Made by a program: the position numbers and the translations under genes. Shown piece by piece: positions 1 through 13,050 of a stretch of 64,000 nucleotides of DNA. The number at the start of each line of letters is the position of its first letter. The first letter of the stretch is position 1. Source of the stretch: Octopus vulgaris (taxonomy: Eukaryota); assembly GCA_951406725.2 (NCBI GenBank), contig OX597826.1:82088001-82152000 (forward strand), in the 5' to 3' direction. The notes beneath the pieces are model-generated. The model was not told where the DNA came from. It saw only the letters and a program-made list of their open reading frames with translations, and did no database searches.

Positions 1-462
1 CCCTTCAATATAAATTTGTAGACTCAGCATAAACGTCTTCTTTTTCCGTTTGGCTATTTTTCTCTAAACTCGATTGATCTTTAAGCCATGTCATGTAATC
101 TCTATCAGCAAAGAACTCCAACGCCGCTCTGTGCGAAAAGACAGCCAACGACTCTGTTTGCTTTCAGACAAATCAAACTTGTGGGAAGTTTCTGTCAGTA
201 TCTTTGTCGCAATTTTGTTTTAACAATCACGACACGTAAACGTGCGATAACTCCTGATAAAATCTGCAGTAATTAATAATATGAATAATGATGATGATGA
301 TGATGATATATAGATATTTGGTTTTATAGTCAGAGTAACTCTTTTCCAAACCTTGCAATGAAGACGTCCAAAGGCAGAGCCGGCTTTTGCTATCCTTGGG
401 TCACTTCATCAACGTGAATACACTTTGAGAGTGTACTTCCAAGGTAGGTGGGAGATTATGTG

Positions 463-540
<78 letters not shown>

Positions 541-887
541 TTGTTTGTGTGCGTGCGTGTGTGAATGTGTGTATCTTTCTTTCTGTCTGTGAGTCTGATT
601 CTTTACGCATGTCATTAAAGGCCCTTATATATTCATATGCATAAAAGTAGAAGTTGTTTGTATTTGTGAGAAATACCCGAGTCGATTCTACATGCTTCTT
701 TGTTCTTGTTTAATACGTGGCGACCCCAGCGCCCTCTTGGTGGAAAACAAAACAAAAATGAACGCTCAGTGAAAAGCTTATCAGATATTAATCAACGTTT
801 TTATCATAACAGCAGAACGTCATGGAAAAACGGTTTATCATTATCGGGAGTGGCATCATTTCCTATAGTCATTGCGAAAATAACAAC

Positions 888-936
<49 letters not shown>

Positions 937-1646
937 TATTATTATTATTATTATTGTTATTATTATTATTATTATCATTATTATTATTATTAGTTGTAGT
1001 AGTAGTAGTTGTAGTAGTAGTAGTACTAGTAGAGGTAGTATGAATATTAAAATATAAATTAGATTGAACTCAATGACTATTGTGAAGATGCGCTCATAAT
1101 TAATGAAATAATATACATCATTGTGTGTTTGTGTGTGTAATTGCACAATACAATAATAGCACCGAACATATATATATATATATATATATATATGTGCGTG
1201 TGTGTGTATGTATATATATCTATACATACATAGACGTGTGTGTATGTATTATTGGAACTGTGTGTTCTCTATTATTTAAGTTTCTTTTTCCATAATTTCT
1301 AAGAAGTTATTTCCATTTTATCCGGAAGACTGAAGCTCTAATTATGCTGCATCTCATTCTGTCTCCTTCCTCACTTTCATAGTCTTAATGAAGTGAAGCT
1401 GGCGGCTGTTGACATCGGTTTTATGCAGGTAGGAATGAAGGAATCGGTGGAAATATCTCGCACTTTGCCCAGTCTGGATCCACGTTTCCAAGTGTCGTCG
1501 TGTTTGTGATCCTTCCTTACCGATTGTTCAGACACGTAAACTCGTATTTTAAGTAAGGGGTCTCTTTCCGTATGCCCGCCACTCTGTCCCCATCTCTCAA
1601 TCTTTTACATATGCACTCTCATACACACAGATAGATACATAGATGA

Positions 1647-1703
<57 letters not shown>

Positions 1704-2228
1704 AGAGAGAGAGAAAGAAGAGAGAGAAAGAAGAGAGAGAGAAAGAAGTGAGAGAGAAAGAAGCGAGAGAGAAAGAAGAGAGAGAGAGAGAGAGTGTGTG
1801 TGTGTGTCTGTATGTGTGTGTCTGTATGTGTGTGTCTGTATGTGTGTGTCTGTATGTGTCTGTATGTGTGTGTGTGTGTGTGTGTACCGGTGCCATCAAT
1901 ACGGCCAGTGAATATGTTTATCTCGCTTAAATATATTCACCGTGATAATAATTGGGGAAAAATGAAACCTGCGTTCACTTTTAAGCGCAGATATTTCAAT
2001 GTTATCAAGTGTGCTGAAAAACCTTCAAAAAAGCCCCCATCCGGTTACTATTGATTCTAAAAGTTCCCAAACTAGAAATTTAGCCAGTTGCAGACAAATC
2101 ATCATGCAATAATCTTGAGAAAGAAGACGCTCTGCAAGAACTAAATTCATAAAAATATTTCACTATTTCTAGGATTTGACGGGAAAATTTGCTCTGAAAA
2201 ATATCTTAAATTTTGTAAGTACAAAAGG

Positions 2229-2318
<90 letters not shown>

Positions 2319-2325
2319 ATATATA

Positions 2326-2388
<63 letters not shown>

Positions 2389-2876
2389 GTGTATATATTA
2401 TATATATATACATATATATATACACATGCATATACATACATTATATATATATATATATATATATTGTGTGTGTGTGTTTGTGTGTATACATATCGATGTG
2501 TATATATATATACATATATATATATGTGTATATATTATATATATATATACATACATATATATATACACATGCATATACATACATATATATACATATGCAT
2601 ATACATACATTATATATATATATTGTGTGTGTGTGTGTATGCGTTATCGTTAACCAGAAAGCTAACATTGTTTTCACGTCAATTATCGCAGTGTTTACAT
2701 TTGGCATATACAAAACCTCTGGTCTCCAACAAATGGCCCAGCACACACACATACATACATAAACACATACATGCACATGCACGCACACACATACACACAC
2801 ACACACACACAGACAGACATGTATATATGTGAGTGTTTATGTGTGTGTGTGTGTGTGTGTGTGTGTATCTGTGAAA

Positions 2877-3105
2877 GGACGTGGCCAAGTGGTTAGGCTG
2901 TTGCACTCATGATCGCTGGTTCGTAGGTTCAATTCCAAGACCGGGCATTTCACGTTGCTCCAGTCCCTTTCGACCAAGGGGGAATGTTGGCATAGTTGCC
3001 TTACCAGCAAGGTGCCCTCATTTGATCGCTGAAACATTGCAAGGCACACTGAGACCCAGCGGTGTGTAACAGCATCTGAGAGTCCTGTCGGTCACGTGAT
3101 CTCGG

Positions 3106-3107
<2 letters not shown>
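2877..3107 (+). mobile_element. tRNA-derived SINE (3' tail shared with the 21.2-kb SINE)
   Basis: A-box TGGCCAAGTGG and B-box GGTTCAATTCC. The 3' end ..CAGCATCTGAGAGTCCTGTCGGTCACGTGATC resembles the tail of the element at 21199-21490. Flanked by (GT)n and (TA)n. Confidence 0.7.
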
Positions 3108-3155
<48 letters not shown>

Positions 3156-3340
3156 ATTATATTTTGAGGATATCTAAGAGATACCTCCACGCTGGAAATA
3201 GCAATCAAAACTTGACTCTAAAACCACATTAAATGTTCATACAGCACCAGGAGAGAAGAACATTTGATGTGGTTTTAGAGTCATGTTTTGACTGCTATTT
3301 CCAACGTGAAGGTATCTCTTAGATACCCAAATTTATAATT
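3156..3340. repeat. Long inverted repeat / foldback (68-bp core arms, 19-nt spacer)
   Basis: 3171-3238 TATCTAAGAGATACC..AAATGTTC is the reverse complement of 3258-3325 with about 5 mismatches. Confidence 0.9.
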
Positions 3341-3420
3341 TTAAATAATTATTACTTTTGAATGGTTTTTATTCTCATGCTGGCCACCTGATAAGATTGG
3401 TATTTAAATATCGATCTTAT

Positions 3421-3464
<44 letters not shown>

Positions 3465-3583
3465 CATTTTATTTTTGGCAAATGTAGATGCATTGAATCT
3501 TCAGGCAAGTTTCCTGAAAATTCGTTGCAGCTATATGTTAAATCAAAGTATCAAGAGACTGACTTGACGAAAAGAAAATACTG

Positions 3584-3634
<51 letters not shown>

Positions 3635-3735
3635 AAGAGAGAGGGAGAGAGAGAGGGAGAGAGAAAGCGAGAGAGATGCAGATATCTATGCACGTATGTA
3701 TGTGAATATAGGCATATATATGAATGTATATATAA

Positions 3736-3890
3736 GGTGTGGCTGTGTGGTAAGAAGTTTGCTTCCCAACCACATGGTTCCGGGTTCAGTCCCACTGCGT
3801 GGCAACTTAGTCAGATGTCTTCTACTATAGCCTCAGGCCGACCTAAGCCTTGTGACTGGATTTGATAAACGTAAACTGAAAGAAGCCCGT

Positions 3891-3976
<86 letters not shown>

Positions 3977-4180
3977 CGTGTGCGTGCATGTGTGTTTGTT
4001 CACCCTCCGTCGCTTGGCAACCGATGTTGGTCTGTTTACGTCGCCGAAACTTAGCGGTTCGGCAAAAGAAACCGATAGAATAACTACTAGGCTTACAAAG
4101 AATGTTCTGGGGTCGATTTGTTCAACTAAAGGCGGTGCTTCAGCATGGCCGCAGTCAAATGACTGAAACAAGTAAAAGAA
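3736..4180 (+). mobile_element. tRNA-derived SINE family A, full length
   Basis: A-box TGGCTGTGTGG, B-box GGTTCAGTCCC, internal (TA)n(GT)n, tail GGCGGTGCTTCAGCATGGCCGCAGTCAAATGACTGAAACAAGTAAAAG. At least 7 homologous copies in the window. Confidence 0.92.
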
Positions 4181-4529
4181 TATATACATATTATGTATGG
4201 CCCTAGGTATGTATGTTTGTGGGCTTGTGAATGCGTATACATACGTACAAGTATATACAAGCACTTAAACACGTCACACTCACATCCATTTGCATTTTTG
4301 ACTTGTAAATGCTGATGGCAGAATACGAATTATATAATATTGGTTTGTTAGGTTTATAATCCTCAACGGATTTGTGAATATTGGAGATAAACAAAGCCTC
4401 GTTCACCCAGATAATTGGCTGCTTATTCTGACATGCATAAAAACACACACACAGATGTACATGTGCGTTTAGATGCTCATACACATACTTGCATGCGTAT
4501 ATGTACACACACACATACATACAAACATA

Positions 4530-4617
4530 TTGTTCGACTAAAACCCCTTAAGATGGTGATCCAGCATGGCCACAGTCAAAATGCCTGAAACAAGGAAACG
4601 AATGAAGAATAAAAGAA
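4530..4617 (+). mobile_element. SINE family A 3' tail fragment
   Basis: TTGTTCGACTAAA..CCAGCATGGCCACAGTCAAAATGCCTGAAACAAG matches the family A tail. Confidence 0.75.
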
Positions 4618-4682
4618 TATATATTCATGTATATACATGTGTATACGTGTCTGTAGATATATGTTTGTCGTGTGTGTGTGTG

Positions 4683-4719
<37 letters not shown>

Positions 4720-6589
4720 TTGCGTGTGTGCGTGTATACATACAAAACGTAGACCAGGATGCCATTATCTTCTGAGTAGAAGTCAAAACCTTTTCCTATT
4801 TTGTATTTCTTTTGTGCGTTTGTTCTTTTATTTGCGTCCCTATTTTAATTAAAATTTCCAATTATTCTTGGCTGACTTATGTTGCTGGGTATTTTTACTT
4901 ACTCATTTATTTATTTATTTTTGTTTCACATATGAATAATTCGTTTCTCTTTACTGATGGAAAAGAAGATTTATCTTAATTTCATCTTTATGTCGGGAGT
5001 CTTGTTACTTATTTTACATCGGAATTGCACGGCCTCAGTGATATACTTGCACCCGTCCTCTCATTGGTTGCTTGCATGTCCTACGGTGCCGAGAAGATGC
5101 AGGCATCACTTGATACCGAACAAGCATCACAAGGAGCTTTATGATACGTATGTAACAGTTTCTTGGTTATCTCGCCGGCTCCTACAACGTTTGGCCAAAC
5201 ACGTTACCGAAATTCACCCATACAGTAGCCCCGTCCTTATGCGCTTCCTTGAGCATTTGTCTTCCAACCGCCTTTTAAAAATATCCTGAAAACTCATTTT
5301 ATGTTATGCTGTTTAGTTACATATACTGTCTATTGGTCAATTATTCAAAGTATCCATTTTTCTAAGTGATATGATGTAATTTGGGAAAGAGTTGGTTGGT
5401 TTTAAAATAACCGCAATTAGGCTGCCTTCTGCAAATTAAGAAGTAAGAATAAAACTAAGAATCGTTCCTAAACTTCTGGATGCCTATGGAGGAGGCCTTA
5501 ACAGCTTGCTCTATCTCAGTAGATTTTTATAGTTTACTCGAATTTCATTAACATTCTGATTTTATTTGAAGCTATACAAAACATTTCTTTATGGAACAGT
5601 AGTAAAGTACGGGAATTGAACTCGGAACGTAAAATGCAGAAGAAATCCATGCGTTTACCGTTTCATGAGATGTTCTGACAATTATGCAAATCAACGGCTC
5701 CGCTCAGGGATCAGTACCTTATCGATCTGAACGTTTAAAAGGCACAAGTGACCTCGGTAGGGAAACGGAACAATTACTGGAAGACATTCTTTCATCCAAA
5801 GCTCTAATAATTCTGCCAATTCCCTGTTGAGCAAATAATCGATACTAAGAACACATCAGACGGTTGCAAAATTCAAAGAAGGCGGGATTGGAGAGAGAAT
5901 CGATGATGTGTTTATAATGAAGGATAAAACTGTGATAGAGATGCAACTGGACTGGGCACATTTTGATGGTTAATCAAGCGAGTCTTATCGTTTTGTAAAG
6001 CCTCAGGTAAGCTCTAGATTATAATCAAAGGACACTATCCGCCCCACTACGGTTTTTTTTCTCGAGACCAGGGAACCTAAAACAAGAATATTCCACATGT
6101 CGTGTCCTACGAGGTTTCAGTGTGATTGGAATGTGATTTGGTTGTTGTTTCTGGCAATTGTAGGGACCATGCAGACGTTCTGACATCAAATATGGAGGTG
6201 ATACACGGTGGGGTTGCTTCATGATCAAAGGGATATAGTGACGACTATAGAAGCAGAAGTCGTCGTCGTCGTCGTCGTCGTAGTAGTAGTGTTAATGTTA
6301 GTAGTAGTAGTAGTGACATTGGTTCTGGTAGCGATTGTGGTAGGGGTTATAGTGGTGATCTCGATGTTAGTGATTGAATTAGGCACGTCCTGGCTTCAGA
6401 CTGGTCAATTTACATGGGAGACAACTCCTTTTACGTAAAATGATAGACGACCAGTAACCGAGTGGCCAAACACTTGTGTATTTACAATACGGAGAACAAT
6501 TTATCTTGTGGGAGTCAACATTTTATATATACATACATATACGATACAAGAGAGATAAATAAGTACTTATATTAAAAACTGTATATGTG

Positions 6590-6620
<31 letters not shown>

Positions 6621-6621
6621 G

Positions 6622-6661
<40 letters not shown>

Positions 6662-6979
6662 AACACTCACGTATGTATGCATATATATAATAATAATTGA
6701 AAAATCTCAAAAAAAAAGCTGAATGATATCAATCGTTTGCAAAGAAGTGTTTGTGGCATGTAAGTGCTTTGTCGTTTTGCGTCTTCTCAAACACACACGT
6801 TGTGGAGGTAATCCGTATAGAAGTTCTATTTAGTAGGATTATTGCTTCCGTTTTAGTTTCGGATTTAGAATTCTTACAATGTATTTTTTAGTTACCTTTA
6901 TAAATTGATTATGCTATAACAAAATCTTTCTTAAAAATAAGCCTTCAGATTGGGGGCAAAATGACAAAATAGCATAATT

Positions 6980-7152
6980 ATATTTGTAGTGACCTATAAT
7001 CCTAGAATCTGTAACGTTTAACAGTAGGTCGAACGATACCTTTCAATTCTACATTAATCATCAAATCTCAGAAAATCTATCAAAGAATTATAAACTATCA
7101 ACGACAGAATTTTATAAGATTCTTAATAAAAGGGAAATTTACATCAGAAAAA
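6980..7152 (+). pseudogene. Decayed Penelope-like element ORF fragment (RT-to-GIY-YIG linker)
   Basis: Manual translation IFVVTYNPRICNV*Q*VERYLSILH*SSNLRK..RFLIKGKFTSEK resembles the PLE linker pattern PFVxTYNPxxxN..ILxxS..LxRxLxKAKF. Multiple stops. Confidence 0.55.
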
Positions 7153-8877
7153 GAAATAATGCAAGAAAATCTCAGATGACGCTAGCCCCATCAAGGAAGA
7201 GCATGAAGGAAAGCGAAGCGAGACCACAAATAAGAACAAAATGCTACTAACAATTTCTTTCGGGAAGATGACCCCATAACACGTTTGAAAAGCTGTTAAT
7301 AGCGAAAGCATTGCAAACACTTTTTTTCTAAAATGAAGATATTTTATATAATCAATGATTATTAAATTGATAACAATTCTTTCTAAAAAGCATCATATAT
7401 GCATGTGTGTGTGTGTCTATGTATCAGTGTATGTGTGTGTGTGTGTATACGGAAATGGCATCGAATAATTTTCAGTGATTAAACTGAGTGATTGTTGTTA
7501 CATCTTCGCAAATCGCAACCAACGATTTCCCTCACCTTTTTCTCTCTGCTTTTTTTTTTTTTTATATATTTTCGAGAAATTGGAATCCAACATTAAAACT
7601 GTTTTCGGGGCAGAGAAATTGTCATAAAATACGACAAGAATCCAGAAATAGAAGTTTTACGTCAAAACTTTGTCGTAAATACAATTTAATAAAGAAACAA
7701 AAATATTGGCGGTTTATGTAGAAATAAAACCGAGCGAAACTTCTACCAAGCTGTCACCTCCTTCACTTATAAATATTCCATAAGGTTTTCATTTCCAGAA
7801 CTGTCGACAACATGACTATTGCATTACTTAGAGTTTTATAATTATTTTCAAGGAGGATTTTATTTTTTTAACTTAACGATTTTCATTTGTTTACTTGTTG
7901 ATTTTTTAGCTATGTTCTTGTTACTATTTATGTTTTTTTATTTATAGAGTTTTGCTTATATTTCTTCGCAGAATATATGCGTTTAGCTTGAAAGTTTGAT
8001 GCAATGAAATGGTTATAAGTTGAGTCAACTCTCACTTCCTCACAGCAAAGGATATCGAAGAAAAATGACAACCGAGTTGACTTCTTGGATAGAGTGTCAC
8101 CGTGAGATTTGAAATAGCAAGCATGTTATTTTAAAAGCAATAACTATAAATTGAAAGAAGAAATATAGAAAAGAAAAACAAAAACAAGAAAGGCTATAAA
8201 AAAAAATGAAAATTCTAACATATTCAGCTTCTTCAGACACATGAAACTTTGGAATGCTGTACCTTTTGACTTCCCTCTTTATAAATATCATTTAGATAAA
8301 TTCTTCTTAAATTTGTATGTGCATATATCTCTGCGTGCGTACACACACACACACACACTCGTACATGCATAATTGTATATGCACATTTATACATACATAC
8401 ATATGTAATTTGCGTCTAAAATTTCTATATCGCAGGTAATGTTTCTTGTACGCCATATTTACCCGAAAACTACGCAAATATATTCAGATTCCTAAAACGT
8501 TTCATTCATCCTTCAACTCGTTTGTATATCATCATAAAACATATATCACCGATGTCACTTTTGCTTTTTATTACAAGGTCGATGAGTAAAGTACCAGTCA
8601 TGTACTGGTGTACATTACTCTCCCTCTTTCCCTCTTTCATTCTCTTCCCTCTCCCGTTCCAAAACCCGATCAATTACATTCTGTCCAAAGTCGATCCCAC
8701 ATTTGAAAAGGTTGCGTTGTTAAAATAAACGATTGCACTCGAAAATTAACATTACAATGACATTCGCTATCATCATCATCGCTAATATCATAATACATAC
8801 ACATCTATACGTATATAGATATAAATATATATATAGATATGTGTATGTATATGATATATATACATATATATATATAT

Positions 8878-8918
<41 letters not shown>

Positions 8919-9071
8919 CGTGCTGGAGTGACTGTGTGGTAAGAAGCTTGCCACATAGTTCCGGATTCAGTCCCACTGTGTAGCACCTTGGACAAGTGTC
9001 TTCTACTATAGCCTCCAGCCGACCAGAGCCTTGTGAGTGGATTTGGTAAATGGAAACTGTAAAAAGCCCGT

Positions 9072-9101
<30 letters not shown>

Positions 9102-9107
<6 letters not shown>

Positions 9108-9305
9108 ATCCAAACATGAACAAAGAGAAAAGACAACAACGCGAGGACGTGGAACAAGTATAGTGTTATTGGACGCTCAGGAAAGGAAAGAAAGATGGGC
9201 ATTTAACGTTTCGAGCGGAGCTCTTCGTCAGAAATATAGAAAAAGGAAAGGTCCAAGGAAGGGAAGACGGAGAAAGAAAATCGTCAACGATACACACGCG
9301 GTCAC
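9102..9305 (-). mobile_element. ~200-bp hammerhead-bearing mini-element, family H1
   Basis: Homologous to copies at 19033, 28996, 54961 and 56427. The 3' end (minus strand) ..TGGATTAACTA runs into (TA)n. Confidence 0.85.
9201..9235 (-). ncRNA. Minimal type I hammerhead ribozyme motif (intact core)
   Basis: Minus strand ATTT-CTGACGA-A-GAGC-TCC-GCTC-GAAA-CG-T-T-AAAT: stem I ATTT/AAAT, stem II GAGC/GCTC, palindromic stem III ACGT, cleavage triplet GUU. Confidence 0.8.
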
Positions 9306-10755
9306 CGCTTAACAATCGATGTTGGTGTCTTTACGTCTCCGTAACTTAGCGGTTCAGCAAAAAAAAAAACCGACAGAATAAGTGCTAAGCTTACAAAGAA
9401 TAAGTTCTGGGGTCGGTTTGTTCGACTAAAGGCGGTGCTCCAGCGTGGCCGCAGTCAAATGATTGAAACAAGTAAAAGAATAAAAGAATATATACATATG
9501 TTGAAATACGTATAGTAAATGCACAGGCGAACGGAAAATAGACACACAAGGTCCTCAACTCCTCATCTGTTTGGCCAGAGGGTCAGAAGCAATTTCGCGC
9601 CTTTAACGATAATATTCTTCCCAGGAAATGGAACCAAAGCATAACAGAACGAAAACAGACAAGTAATAAATGGATAACCAAGCAATACGGCGGTAGACAT
9701 ACGATAATGAGTAAATGTAATTCAAGACGAGGCCGTTAGTAGACGGACAAGGTACAAAAACGAAATAAATAAACAAAATATAGTCTTAGGGCTTGACGAA
9801 GACGAAGGTGTGTGTAATGCGAAGAGGGAAACCCTACAAGCTTAGAAACAGAAGGACAACAGACAGCAAAACATGTTGAAATGGAGCCCAGAGAAATTAC
9901 GACCGGTTGCTTCAGCGGGCGACGGGAAAAAGAAAAAAGAATGAAAAAAGGATACTATGGGTCACGTGTCGATTGTAGGAACGAGAAAAGTGGTAGCGGG
10001 TGAGAGAAACATATACACAAACACACATATATATGTAGCACACATCTATTCACATATAAATACACATGTATTTGCATATACAAAGTGGAGGACAGAGATT
10101 TCCCAGTAACTGTTGAACAGATCATGTTCACAACTGGAACAAGAATTCTAATCTGGTCGCCTGATGTTTGACCACAGAGTTTTCCTGACTGCTGCCAGTC
10201 AATAAAAGTTAACTCTACTTTATGGTTCTACTTGTTTGTTATTCAATAGTGTTAATGTATAACTATTTGTCTGTATACACACACACTGAAATATGTTTGT
10301 AAGTATGTGTGTGTGTGTGTGCCTTATTGATAGGGACTAAGGTCTCATGCGTCAATGTCACGAGTTTAAATTCCAGACGCTCTATATTTTGCGTTAGTAG
10401 GTGATGCATTTATTTTCGTGGAGGCTGAAAAATTGTAGCAACAGCAACAATTGTGTGTAAACGATTCGCAAGAATTTTAAACTCTACCCCCACATGCATA
10501 TGCATACATATATGTATCTATCTATCTATATATTATCACCTAATTCATATATATATATACGTGTGTGTGTGCTCACTGGCAGAAGTATATAACTAAAAAC
10601 TTAAGCAGGTATTTATACAACCATAACTTCAACAAAATTCCTTCAAATGTTTAAGATTATCATAAAGAACTAATTGTTTTTGTACAATTTTAATTTATGA
10701 AGAAAAGTTTTTATATAAATGTGTGTGTGTGTGCCTGTTTGTGCGCATTTGTGTG

Positions 10756-10800
<45 letters not shown>

Positions 10801-12460
10801 AGTGAACTTCGTGATGAACTTTGCAGTCTAATGTAGAACGTTTGAAGGAAGCGATGTTCTAGTTGTCGTTGTATCATTGACTTGTCATGAAATGGAATAT
10901 GGTACACAGCTTCGCATGGAATACAGTAGAAGGCAGCATTGGTGCGAGACGCTTGGCAAAATAACTGCTGTTGTTGGTGCTACTGCTGCTGAAATTGATG
11001 ATGAATGTGATGATGATGATGATGATGATGAGCGGAGAGTAACGGATGTTACTGCTGTTGTTGTTGCTGTTGAAGCTTCTGCTGCCTTTGTTGTTGCTGT
11101 TGTTGTTGTTGTAAGTGGTGGCATTCCGAAAGTGATATTTCATATTCGAATTAATTAGACAGGCGGCCAACATGAAAGAGTTTTAAAATCCTCGACCACG
11201 TGACCGTAGAAAATGTTAAACCTCTTTAATTAGATTTATTAATTTAGTAGACAGCTTCATATGCAAATTGGCGTATGCATGATTGGTAGTTAAACGGTAG
11301 AAAGAATAGAAGCTGGACCATATAAAGTGAAAGGGGTTGTATATAAAAGTTGTGCTGAATTGCAGTGTAGCTTGATTAATAAACTCCGAAGTGGTCATTG
11401 TGCTATGTCCTGAAGGCTACTTTATGAATCGAGTTCCGTTGGCAAAGTATTTTATACACGGAATTTGGGAATTCATATCATGATTAAATTAACATATTTA
11501 CAGAGTGAGGATGTTAAGGCAATTTTGATGGCATTAGAAGGAATTTGATGAGGCTACAATGGGTTTCAAATTGAAAGGAAGTTTCATTTCAAAACAGTAC
11601 AAAATATTTGCATACATAGCGAAATGATACAGGTGCTTGTCAACTTTTGAAGGTGTCTTGGTTTGGCTTTCCAGCAGCCGTTTCTGTTCGAATCGATTTC
11701 CTATTCAGTGTAATGATACACTTTTATAGGCTAATGAATGACGAGAAAATCATTTTCGCTATAAATCAATAAATAAAGAGTTAATAACAATTAAAGTTTG
11801 AAAATTTGGGGTAAATTTAGTCAATCGTAAGCCACAGATACATTCATGGCTGTTTCCATAGTAACAAACCAAACATGAGAACTCTTTAGTCAGCGAGAAA
11901 GCACGTGGGTTGTCATGTTCTACGTGATGCCACGTGCGTTGACACTGTGTTCTGTTGCTTGTACCTTAATCGTGAAATATGCTAAAAGTAACAGCTAAAT
12001 AGGCCTTAAATCACGCCCCTCTAATTTTTTTTCTTGCGTAGTCGTATGAATTCCTGTGTATAGAATACAAATTTGCAAAAGCTTTCTGAAAATTCCAAAT
12101 TTTAAAAAAGTTAGGAGGGGTTATATGTCGTACATTAAGCAGAATTTGATTTGTTTACAGTTTCATATGAAAACACAACTGCTATTTTCAGAATGTTGAC
12201 TACACAATCAGTCACGCACAAAATGACAGTTTCCAAATCCTGTTTCCTGACTGTGTGAAAAGGATCAAACTTTAAACCTCTATAACTTTTGAAAATATTT
12301 TTATGAGAAAAGTGAAATAACCTCAGTAGTTCAGCTTGGAAAAGTATATTAATGTACCAAGTTTTAGAATTTTCGATAACTTTAATTTTTGAAATGCTGG
12401 CAGCCAAATCAACTCGATCCGTCTGTACTACTCGGTGATACTAGTTTTTGGTAATGAATT

Positions 12461-12529
<69 letters not shown>

Positions 12530-12654
12530 CAGAGAGAGACAGACAGAGACAGACAGATACACACAGAAAAATTGTGATAAATTGAGAGGGAAAAAGTGAA
12601 AAGGCTTTTGCATGCATTGGCTATTTTCATCTGAACAGAATCCGTTTATTGAGT

Positions 12655-13050
12655 AAACCATTGCCTAACTTAAGAAAAGTGTGTGTCCCCCTCACTTCGG
12701 CTCTCTTGGTTATTTAGTGATAAACAAGCATAGGACATTAAATCAAAGCCAGGACCTAATTGAAACCAGGCCGTCAACATCAACAAAAATCATTTTAAGT
12801 GTATCGCAATTTCAATGAGTTTATATTTCATGGGCGGATGAAGACAATGCTGTTTCGAGCGAAGTGGGGGAGAAGATAAAAGAATGCAACCAGGATAGAG
12901 CTGAGAAAAGAACTTTGAAGAATCGATTGCGCTAAAATTGATATGAGTGAGGAGTAAAGAAGGAGAGCCATGGTAACCGGCGAAAAGTGTACTAGGGATG
13001 GATAAATTCGGGAATTCAAGGTTAAGTGATAATGTGAATAACAATTTGTC
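12655..13050 (-). pseudogene. Decayed Penelope-like reverse transcriptase fragment
   Basis: Minus-strand peptides EFPNLSIPSTLFAGYHGSPSLLLTH (cf. PDLxxRPIxAGxxxPTxxLS), DGLVSIRSWL at 12746-12775 (cf. GLEAIxYWL) and GDTHF followed by GCAATGG (cf. QxxGxAMG) occur in the expected order. Frameshifted. Confidence 0.45.

Larger units (their letters stand above)
8918..9490 (+). mobile_element. SINE family A interrupted at its internal (TA)n by a hammerhead mini-element
   Basis: Head 8918-9072 and tail 9306-9490 are collinear with 3736-4180 and 59577-59990. 9102-9305 is foreign sequence. Confidence 0.9.

Noticed and set aside
3272-3280. GTTTTAGAG resembling a type II CRISPR repeat start
   Set aside because: A 9-mer inside a foldback, with no repeat-spacer array or cas gene, in eukaryotic context.
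10874-11173. Overlapping Thr/Ala/Ser- or Asp/Val-rich ORFs
   Set aside because: Open on both strands because of degenerate (GTT/GCT/GAT)n repeats. No splice or homology support.
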